A program made the position numbers and the translations under genes. The notes beneath the pieces were generated by a model. It was given only the letters and a program-made list of their open reading frames with translations, did not search any database and was not told the origin of the DNA. Of a stretch of DNA of 64,000 nt, positions 1 through 10,085 are shown piece after piece. Origin of the DNA: Camelus dromedarius (Eukaryota); contig NC_087437.1 in NCBI RefSeq assembly GCF_036321535.1, positions 22,446,001-22,510,000 of the forward strand, in the 5' to 3' direction. Each line of letters begins with the position of its first letter. Position 1 is the first letter of the stretch.

Positions 1-185
1 GGATTATGATGCCAGAAGGTAGAAGAGCTTGGTGATACCTGAATCACCACCTGGAGGAGAGGCATCTGCTCCCTACCCCCATATTAATATCCACCCTGGC
101 CTGTGACTTGAACCAGAAAGGATCAACACTATGGTTCAACAAATGAATTTAGAGAGTCTGTGTGTTCCAGCAGCTCAGCCTATCA
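1..185 (+). mobile_element. MaLR LTR 3' part (MLT1H/J-like)
   Basis: cctgaatcaccacctggaggagag ... gttccagcagctcagcctatc resembles the end of old MLT1 LTRs. Confidence 0.55.
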
Positions 186-1175
186 TAAGGCTCTCTACAC
201 CTACCTACCCTACATCCTTCTCCCCTACATGTCCCTGTAGAATCAGAATATTTTCTTAACAGATGAGGAAATATGGGCTAGGAGGAATAGCGTGGCCAAG
301 GTTACATAGTAAATGGTATGGCTGGTTATTCAATCTGTGTCTCATCCCCCCGATTGAATATATAACCTGTAACAGAGATTTAATAAAATGGCTATCTTAA
401 GAATTTGAATTTTCAGGAAAGATGCAAAGAAGAAAATTTTCTTCTCCTTTCCTAGGTAGAAGATCAACCTGAGGCAACATTTTGAAATAGATGTTTTGCC
501 TTTGCTCTCCCTCCTCAATTCTCTCTGTGCCTTCTGTCTTTGTCTCTGTCTCTGTCTCTCTCCCTTTCCCGCATCACTGATATCAGGGTGCCCTCCACAC
601 CCCAGCCCAGGCGACCCTATTCTAAAACGATCAGTTTATGACTTTCCAGTCAAACCTCCCATTTGTGCTTGCAGCCAAAATGAGCTTCCTGCCAGGAAGA
701 AAACAACCGGCAGGAAGAAATCTGCTGAGGAAGGATAGCACACAATTCTCCCAAGGAGTGTGCATTCTAAATTCTCGTTAACATGCATGCTTTCACGTTT
801 ACTGGTGGAATTTAAAACAGCTCCAGGAAAGCCCAGTGGCCTTTTTCAGGCACTGAGGGGAGTAGGTGGTGAGTGGGAGGGAGGATCCTGTAAAGGGAGA
901 TCAAGGTTATTATTCACAGGCAGGGCACCTGCCCCTGTGTCTCCTGCCCTTATGTGTAATCACAGGGCTCTAAAAGTTCCTGGTGCTTTGGGAAGAGGAT
1001 CAGTGGTGGGCTGGGCAGTGGGGCTGGGACCCAGCCCTACACACAGATGTTTGGTCTGTCTGGGAAGAACTTGGTGGCCCAAACAGCATTTGGATGTTCC
1101 CAATATATCAGAGCAAATGCCAAAAATTCCTAAATTACATAATGGCCCTATGGACATTTAGCACAAGGTATTTTT

Positions 1176-1351
1176 TTTCCTTCAGTTTTTTAAAACATAT
1201 TTTTATTGAGTTATAGTCATTTTACAATGTTGTGTCAAATTCCAGTGTAGAGCACAATTTTTCAGTTACACATGAACATATGTATATTCATTGTCACATT
1301 TTTTTTTTTTTTTGCTGTGAGCTACCACAAGATCTTGTATATATTTCCCTG
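1176..1351 (-). mobile_element. Young 5'-truncated L1 3' end (camelid-type) with 17-bp TSD
   Basis: TSD tagcacaaggtattttt at 1159-1175 and 1352-1368. The target reads TT/AAAAA on the minus strand. The body ttttattgagttatagtcattttacaatgttgtgtcaaattccagtgtagagc is an L1 3'UTR end. Confidence 0.85.
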
Positions 1352-2246
1352 TAGCACAAGGTATTTTTAAATGTAACTGCTTCTTGCTCATTTGCACATT
1401 ATGATTTACTTGAGTCAATCTTATTGACTTCTGAACTCTATCCACAGAACCTGAGGGCAGAATTAGAGGGATTTATGCCTGGCAACAGACAGACTTATTT
1501 TTTGAACTTGGTTCGTGTGTCTTGATGGTTTTCTAAGGTTATGTCTACCTAATGTCAAAAACAAGCAAGCAATTAGTAAGCCAATTCAGGCAGAAAACAG
1601 GGGGAAATAATGTAGTCCATTTGTTTGCTTCAATCGACAGACTAATTTGGTTAAAACTATCAGTCAGATATTTGTGGTTATCTGTGACACTCTGGACATC
1701 CTGAAAGTCTCTGAGGGGCTAACACGCTCTCGTTGACTGTACTCCCTCCTTATATAGAGTGGTTGGGTTATCTATAAGGTCTTGACATTTTTTCACACTC
1801 CATAAACGTCTGAGTAGGTAGTGACATTTTGCATGTGTCAACTTGGCCCAGAAGGGGCTACAGTATATTTTCCTTACAAAAACTGGTACTTTGAGTTACA
1901 ACATTTCGTGTCTTAGTGCCAGGTCTACGTCAATGCTGGAACTGAAAGAACACAAACAATTGTCCTTAAATGGGGGGTGGGGGCAGGGGAGGGGGAGCCT
2001 TGGGTCTTGCCTTCCACAGGTGTGTCACTAGCACTTATCATCGGCCTCAGACTAGGTCCTTAGCAGTGATCTGACAGTCACACCTTCTTTAGAATGAAAA
2101 CCTTAATCTCTGATAGGAGGTTTTTCTGAGAGCAGTTGTGAGTGTATATGAATCACGTCTCTGTGAAGCCCTAATGGTAATCTCATCTTAGGTGGTTAAA
2201 GAAAGTGATGGAAACTCCCAACTGTTGAAAGTTTCCTAACTGGCAG

Positions 2247-2410
2247 TCCCTGTGCCAGGCATTTTATACGTATTTTCAAGTCTGGTTTTCAACATTGACC
2301 ATCTGAGGTAAATACCATTTTACAGCCAAGGGAGCTGAGGTTCACAGAGGGTTAAACCTCTCCACATGGCTGAGCCTACTTCAAAGCCTGAGCTCACTGC
2401 ATTTCACCAA
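2247..2410 (-). mobile_element. MIR SINE
   Basis: ccattttacagccaagggagctgaggttcacagagggttaaac is the antisense MIR core. Confidence 0.65.
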
Positions 2411-3747
2411 AACAGTAGTTTCTACTTAGAAAATATTGTGGTGTGCCAAATAGCACAATCCAATTTGCTGCTTAAAGATGCAAGAGCTAATAACTTTTAT
2501 TGTAAATTTATTTTGGAACCAAGTGGAGAGTAAGCAATTTTGACCTAATAGCAGGGGGAAACTCTGGGGCTGGCCACAGTTCGAAACTAACTCTCAGATG
2601 TTCTGAATTTACCATAATCACATAAAATTTTCTCAGCACTCAAAACTATGAGGACTTAATGGGATCTGTGATTCACATGGGCCTAGCATGCTTGCCTACT
2701 TTGTCACAGCAATGCTGTGCATGGTTATTCATTATTCGAGGTGCCTCTTTCTGTGATTGCTTGATACACTGGTTAGAACATTTTTCATGATTCATTTCCT
2801 GCATAAGCTGGTTAACCCTGTCCCATTTGAAGACCTCAGAAGACCTTCTCCAATCAGCCACTTTGCTCCCGGACGCCCACCCCAGGCCACAGTGGGTACC
2901 ACGTGAGAGGGGGAGGGGCTAGGTGGAAGTTCATCTCCTCTGATGGAGAAAAGGTCCTGAGCTTGTGCCTCATTACCTGGTTAGTGGCATTGTACTAGTA
3001 AGGAAGAGAGAGTGACCTAATCAGTTGCACAAGATATATCCAGAGCGGGAAGGAGATATAGCACTGGAGCCCGCAGAGAACTGGATGCTGGGGGAGCGGG
3101 CTGTGGAGAGGTAGCCTTGGCAAGAAATGCTTGACAGCGTGACGGTTTCACCTGGGCTGTCTCTTTCTGGAAGTGTGAACAAAGGAAGAGAGAAGGAGAG
3201 AAAGAGTCCTGTTGCTTAGAGAACTCAGACTCTCAGATAACCCTTGTGTATACATTTAAAGAAACCTCTTCCTTAAGCTGAAGTTAGGTTTAGCCCAATT
3301 CTTGATTCAAATCGCTTGGCTCATATAAAAGTCCCAGGATATTTAATGATATCTTAAATTTTTAATTGGAAATCAAAAACATCCCCCCAACACAAAGCAA
3401 ACAAAGATCTGAAAAACATTCTCATATTCGAATGCCACTTTTGAGGAAGTGTTAACAGTGTTTACTGTTATGAACACTCAGGGAAGGCTTTTTTAGCCAG
3501 AAGTAAGTAGGTGAAAAATACTTTCCCTCATTTCAAAAACAAAAGGTTTTATTTGTTGATCCCTTTCCTTAAATTCATTGTTGCTTAGCTTCCACCTGTG
3601 GAACTGGGCAAATCTAGTCTGAGAGTTGCTTGTGGGGCCCATTCTGGACCTGGAAGTTTCCAGGGCTGATAGGACAGAAATAGATAGTCCTTAAGTGGCA
3701 TTTTAATGAAATGTACAATTTTAGCTGGGCAGACAATGTTGTAGGTT

Positions 3748-4200
3748 GTTCATTCATTTGCCTAGTCATCCTTCAATCATTTTTGGAAGGCTACTCAGGT
3801 TCAAGTAGTGTGCTGGGTGCTGTACAGAGTGAACCAGATGGAGAACCATATGGCCTCACAAAGCTCCCTGTCTAGAGGGGCACACAGGCAGGCAAACCAA
3901 AAATCATGGTAGAATGTGAAGGGTAATAGGAGAGGAGAAGGACTGGGTGTTATGGAAATTGATGAGAGGGAAATCCATGCGGCCTGCAGGAGTGACCAAA
4001 GCTTGCTACAGGAAGTGCTGTCTAAGCCGACATCTGAAGGATACAAGGAACTGGCTGAGTAAAAGAGTGAAGGTGGATGGGCATGGAGAGGGGTCTGGGC
4101 AGAGTGAGAACCCGAGTGAATGGGGGAAAGACCGCCACATACTAAAGGAACTGGAAGAGATTTGGTAACTGAATAAATATTGTTGTGCTGATCAGATTGG
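3748..4200 (-). mobile_element. L2 LINE 3' region
   Basis: cattcatttg...gtgtgctgggtgctgtacagagtgaaccagatggag... follows the antisense L2 3' consensus. Confidence 0.65.
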
Positions 4201-4327
4201 CAAATCGAGAAACAAGAAGCAAGACTGGCCTCCAGGAGGGTCTAAAGCAAAACAGAATAAGGTAGGAGGACTGGATTGATGAGAGAGGCTCAGGACAGAA
4301 ACCACGAACTGTGATTATGTTCTGGGA

Positions 4328-4458
4328 CGTGCTTCTCAAACCTGCCCGTGCACACAAATTACCTGGGGATCTTGTTAGAAGGCAGTTTTGGACTTAGTTC
4401 TTCTAAAGAGAGCCCAAGTGATGTCAAAGCTGCTGGTCCCAGGACCATACTTTGGGGT
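4328..4458. mobile_element. MER5-type hAT-Charlie MITE
   Basis: gtgcttctcaaac...ttacctggggatcttgttag...gctgctggtcccaggaccatactttg. Confidence 0.7.
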
Positions 4459-5894
4459 TTCAAGGATCAAGAAAGCATGGAAGTGCCCCTTTTACATGGT
4501 GGCTGGTAATTGTCGTGGGACAGTCCTGGTGGCTTAATAGGGTTCCACTAATGTGAGTAGTCAGAGATACAGATTCCTGTTCTTGGCATTGCTGAAACAA
4601 TAACCTTCAATCATCACTTTCCTGAATTTCACTTATGTTTACTTCCTGGCTGTCACTGATGTGTCAACCGGGGAAAACCACTTTTTGGTCAAAGTCCCAA
4701 ATTGGCTCTGTTCAGGGCCTGATTGGTGGCTCACCAAAAAGACACTGAGAAATGTGGTCTCCTATACCTTGGCAGTGGTTCTTAAGTCATCCCTCCATAG
4801 AACACTGGGGTTCTATGTGGAGCATAGTGTTCCCAAAACTTTAATAGTAATGGCAGTCTTCCCATCATTAAGGGGTAAAAGTGAATGCTAATGGGAAATT
4901 TTTCTTAATTTAAAGGTTTTCTTCCATGACTTTCTCTTAGTTCTTTGAGAAAGAAGCTATTTGAAGGCTATTGAGCGCCAGTGGACAACCAAGTGAATGA
5001 CAAACCACATCAGCAGCAGAGACTGGCCATGTGGGTGCTGTTGTCTTTATGGCTATGCCAGCTCACGGATGAGGTTTTATACTATCTCCGTCCCCTGCCG
5101 TCAGATTCTCCTGGGTAAAACTCTTCCTAGTTTACGTGATAGGACACATCAGGGTTGCAATGTCTCTTCAAGGTGCAGAAGTGGACAAATTGGAGAATCA
5201 TGCTCTTTGACGCACTGTTGGGCTCCTCCTTCAACCTGCCTGGGTACTTCTGGGCCTCCCTTCTGTCTGGATCAGCCCAGCAGCTCCGCACGGAGCCTCT
5301 GTAGCCCAGCAGGCTACAGGCCCGGGTCACAGTGGTTTCGAGAAGGCTGCCAGGGCTCAACTGGGCTTGGCATTTCCCCTCCTTCCAGCAACTCCCGGGC
5401 TCTTATTTAGTTTTAAATTAAATAAAAATTGCAGCACATGGATTTGAATTAAAACAAGAGGCCTGATCTTTGTAATATGCACCACATCAATAGGAAAGCT
5501 AATTTGTGCAAAGCACATCTCCTCCTTTAATTTAAACCACAGAGCTCTGCCTCTTCAGTTTCAAGGGAGCTGAGCGCTGGGCGGGGCAGCTCACTCCAGG
5601 CATTAACTAGGGCTGTGCTGAGAGCGACAGGAACAGTTTCAGGGGAACTTAGAGTTCCTCTTAAGCCCTTTGTGCTGGGTGTCACACGATACAGCAGAGC
5701 AGTTACGAACTTCTGGCCTTGAATTTAAAGAAGGTCTTAAAATGTCTCAGGGTAAACTTCCCCCATTGACTCTTAGCTGCAACCTAGCTACCAAAAACAG
5801 AATTTGCATTATTAAAAGCTTCTCAAGACAGAGAGAGCAGAGAGACCACTCTACTCCTGACCTTAAGACTATTCCTCATTTTCAAGTTCCAAGG

Positions 5895-5895
<1 letters not shown>

Positions 5896-5940
<45 letters not shown>
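5896..5940. repeat. (TG)22 microsatellite
   Basis: Perfect dinucleotide run read directly. Confidence 0.99.
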
Positions 5941-5942
<2 letters not shown>

Positions 5943-6251
5943 TACTAGTCTATACAAAACAAATTGGGTAGGGTCTGTGCTAGGCAAGAAATTCAACCTG
6001 GGCCCTGACAGTCGCTTCATTTAGTTTAACTGGCTCTAGGGGCCAACGGTGGAGGCGGCCATAGAGGTGGTGAAGGTAGCAGTAGGGTGACCTTTACTCA
6101 GAAACACTGCTGAACCGCAGCCATCTACACAGCTCCATGCCCTTGCTTCAGTGCTCTCTGCAAGTAGTGTGGGCCCACCACCACAAGCGAAGTCATGTGC
6201 AGCCGGACCCCTCTGCACACTGTCACCTCTACGTGTATCCAGATTTGGAGA

Positions 6252-6447
6252 CAGGTCTGATTCAAGTTTTATGGGGACTGAAACTTATACACTGGGGACT
6301 CTCTTTAAGAAAAATGATACAAAACATCTTACAAATTTTATATGCCACCAAGACACACTGCTAGGACCCATCTTAGGGTCTTGGAAGGGGGACATGAAGG
6401 AGCCTGAAGCTCAAGCTTCTTTAACTTTACAAATAAATCCACTTCTG
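6252..6447. mobile_element. hAT-Tip100 (Zaphod/MER115-like) internally deleted element with 8-bp TSD
   Basis: Ends are caggtctgattc... and ...aaatccacttctg. Flanks tttggaga (6244-6251) and tttggaaa (6448-6455) form an 8-bp hAT-type TSD. Confidence 0.7.
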
Positions 6448-6649
6448 TTTGGAAAGCATCACCAGCTCTCCTCTGCCCAGTGTCAAAGGGGCATGCATAA
6501 GGTGAAGGTAATGATGACAGAAAAGGATTTGTCAAATGGTAGATGTAACTGAGTAAGACAGAAATTCTGGTTCTTATTTGATTGGCCTTTGAACCATCTG
6601 TGATGCGAGGTCTTGGTGGACCAAGCTTGGCCCAAAGCCAAGCTCTTTC

Positions 6650-6790
6650 TCTCTCTTAGGCTGCAAGCCACCTTAAGGGCAGGGCTCACATCTTTGTCTT
6701 TGTTCATTCAAACACCTCCCCAAGAGAGCCTGTCAGGGAGTGACTGCTGAATGAGTAGCTGCGTGATGGATGGATTGAATATGTGAATAA
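6650..6790 (+). mobile_element. L2 3' end
   Basis: ctgcaagccaccttaagggcagggctcacatc...tgatggatggattgaat. Confidence 0.55.
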
Positions 6791-7504
6791 ATTCACACTC
6801 CCATTTTAGATTGAGGGTCATTGTTGTTTACCTTCTCTAAAGAACTCTTTGAAGAATGTTTTGAGCTATGTAAAAAAGACTCCATCTAAATTTTTAGTAA
6901 GGTATGAACAACAAGATTCTGCCAGAGAGCCTCTAAAGTCATGCTTCTACTGGACGACCAAAACCACTCTAGGCATAATTAAGAACATTAAACCACATTA
7001 CGCTGCAAATATTCCTTAAGGGGGTTGGCTACTTCTTCCGGTTTCAGCAGCTGTTGTGCCCACACACCCAGAAAAGGCTAGACGGTGTGTCATTTGATCT
7101 GCTTTTTACCTCCTTCTCTGGCTCATGTTACCTTAAGTTGACCTTCTAAATTCTTTATTTCTTGGCAAATAGATTTTAAACTTTAGGTCCTGAGTGAAGT
7201 ATGGTATATCAGAGTCCATGCAGAAAAGCAAAGGCTGGTCTGGAGCATTTTCTTTTGAAGAAAAATACTGCCCTGCACATGGTGAGCTCCCCTGATCCTT
7301 CTTACATTCTGACGAGGTGACTGGGCACAGCGTAGAAACTGAGCCTGCAGCTGGGAGGGGTGTCGCCCTCATATGTGGTTTATTGTGAACTGGATGGGGG
7401 TCAGGTTTGCATGAGGGCAGTGTTAGACATGCTGGAGTGGGCCTGGCCTAGAAAAAGCACAGTTCTGATTTAATTTTTGTTCTCATGACCTTGAGGGTAA
7501 ATCT

Positions 7505-7750
7505 GAAGTGGTGTCATACAGAGAAGAAGGCTCTACATTCAAAGTCAAGAGGCCGATTGGGTTCAAGTCTCAATTTCACCTCTAATCGGTTGTCAGATTG
7601 TGAACAAGCTACCCAAATTCTGCATGTCTTTCTCTCTCTCCTTCTCTTTTTTAATCTGCAGACAGAGACCAGGAATGCTTATCCTGTCTTGTCCTGGCTT
7701 TGAGTCTCAAAACATTGCTCACAGAAGGTCTTAGAAAGGTATAAAGCGAC
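7505..7750 (+). mobile_element. MIR SINE (degenerate)
   Basis: tgggttcaagtctcaatttcacctctaat...tgtgaac...atctgcagacagag. Confidence 0.5.
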
Positions 7751-7954
7751 TTTTGAGTCGAGCATCTGTGATTCCGTTACACAACCATCTAACACAGCAA
7801 TCTCCTTATTTTAAAGCTAAGACAGCATTTTAGTGGAAAACCCAATGTTCTTAATGTTAGCTGATGGGTATTCCCTGAATTAAACTAATAATGTCAATTC
7901 CATTAATGTGATGGGGTTATTGATTTCCTTCTAGAGGGTGAAGATGCTTTAGAA

Positions 7955-8147
7955 CAGGACCAGATAAGTAAGAATTTTAGGCTCTGCGGGCCATATGGTT
8001 TCTGTTGCAACATTCACCTCTATCCTTGTAGCACAAAAGCAGCCACAGACAGGGTGTAAACAAAGGGGTACAGCTATGCTCCAACTTTATATACAAAATT
8101 CGTGTGAGCTAGGTTTGGTTCAAAGGCCATAGTCTGTTGACTCCCTT
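7955..8147. mobile_element. MER58A-like hAT-Charlie element
   Basis: ggaccagataagtaagaattttaggctctgcgggccatatggtttctgttgcaac...ggccatagtctgttgactccc is colinear with the MER58A consensus. Confidence 0.8.
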
Positions 8148-8864
8148 CTTTAGAGTATCATAAGGTAGCACCAAATTCTGGGTTTCCTCACATTACACAC
8201 CATACTGCTGGCCTCAATTTTTAATGCAGCTCCAATCCAACAGCTAAGCAAACATGGAAGGTGCCAAACCCAGAAAACCATCAAGCCACAAGGTTATTTG
8301 GGCAGATACTTCACATCCCAACATGGCTATTTAAAACTTTGCACTTTTCTCGAAATCTTCTTTGTAAAATAAAGCATTGTTTAAAATAATGATATCCAAG
8401 TTTTAAAAACAAGCCACCATTCTCAGAGTAGAGCTACTGATATTTTGATGGGAAAGAAGGAAAAGTGCTTCCCAACTCCTAGAAATGCTTTGCAAAAATG
8501 CCACCCACTGCTGCCTTCCTATTTGTGTGATTCACTTTTCCCTTTGCCTTCCCATGATGAAGTCAACTCATTACCAAAGTTCATGACTGTTCTAAGTCAA
8601 AGACCACCTATCAGTACAACTTGTCCTCTGTGTGACTCTCTCTCTCATCCTAGCATGTCTGGAAATGTAGAGAAGCCCTGTCAGAGGCCCACAGAAGGGC
8701 AATTTTTAACTCTGGGTTTCCATTTGCCCATATTTGATTAAATGACTCATTCTCTACCTGGGAGCTGCACTCTTCGCTATGTGGAATGAGCCAGGAGGGA
8801 ACTGAAGGTGAAACAAGCCTCTTATTCCTAGTTCTACTTCTAAAAATGTGAATTTTGGACACTT

Positions 8865-9048
8865 AGTTGGGTTTGAGGTGAAGTCTCACAAACCTGGGTT
8901 TAGGAATGGTTTCATCCTCGGCCAAGTCACTTAACCTCTTTGAGATCCTCAACCTCAGCTTTCCAACCAAGTTGGGTTAATATCTGCTTCACAGGATAGA
9001 TATATATAGTGAGTAGTGAATAGTAGATATTTAATAAATGATAGTTTC
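8865..9048 (+). mobile_element. MIR SINE
   Basis: aacctgggtttagg...ggccaagtcacttaacctctttgag...cctcagcttt. Confidence 0.6.
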
Positions 9049-9973
9049 TCTTACTTTTTCCATATCTCCCTGTATACTCCAAATTTTGTTTGCTCTATTC
9101 TGAAGCAGTTTTTTGTTTTACTCTCATGTATCTTCCAATGAGCTGCCTCTGGGTGTAACGTGAGTGTAATGTAAGGGTACATACACACAGAAAGCATGTA
9201 AGGGGAAATGTCTCCAAACAGGGAGAGACTGTTGGTAGGAAAATTAATTGAACAGAAAGAAACACAATCCCCAGAGTAGTTCCGGTCAGCAAATTCATTT
9301 TGTTTATTTTCTATGGGGAAAAGGAACCTTCTGGTATGGTTTGAGAGCAGAGACCTTGTCGGTTTCATCCACCTGTGCCCAGAACTGCTCTTGGCATCAG
9401 GTGAGTGTACAACTAATATTTGTTTTCTCAGCTGACAACTGAGCATACCTGAATATGACTCACTTTTGTATTAACCATGGGAAGTCCCTGGAGCTTTGCA
9501 ATAGGGGAGGAGCAAGGGTTCTAAGGAGAAGGAGCCTTAACATTGGACAAAAATGACACCACTGACACCACATACACACAATCTACCTTCAAGTATGGAA
9601 TTTGTGAAATGATGATATAAATTTCCCCAAGTGAAAATTGATCTTAAATAGGTCAGGGGAAAGTCCAATGTCTATTCTAGGCCAGCTTCTGGCAGCTACT
9701 GAACATTGAGGCCATCCCAACAAAATCCCCTTTCATTTTGTTTCCTTTCTGCAAAGAAACATCCCTCTGTTGCTCAGAACTTACAGATAGCAGCATGATA
9801 GTATGTACAATAGGATGAAGAGAAGTTATGCTTCCCCAGAAGGTCTCCAAGTATCCTTGTGGTTTCCCAAGAGCTGGGAAAGAGCAGCAGCACTAACATG
9901 TAACGTAGAACATTAGCACATGAAGAGCAGTGTGAGAGAACAGCAGCACTAACTTGTAATATAGCTCACGTAC

Positions 9974-10085
9974 CTGAGAACATCATCATGTGCTGGAAGT
10001 TCCAGGGGATCTTCCGTTTCCGGCCCAGATTCAGGAGGAAGGAGAGGGGATATATGTTGCAGGCTCTGGCTACAAAAATTGCTAG
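9974..10085 (-). CDS. SLC9A9: SLC9A9/NHE9 internal coding exon (exon 11), 112 nt
   Basis: ctacag|CTA GCA ATT...TTC TCA G|gtacgt translates to [37 protein letters not shown](G). It leads into the conserved GLRGA motif of the next exon, which is outside the window. Confidence 0.98.

Noticed and set aside
1..9973. Search for exon 12 (GLRGAIAFAL...)
   Set aside because: Not found. It lies beyond the left edge of the window.
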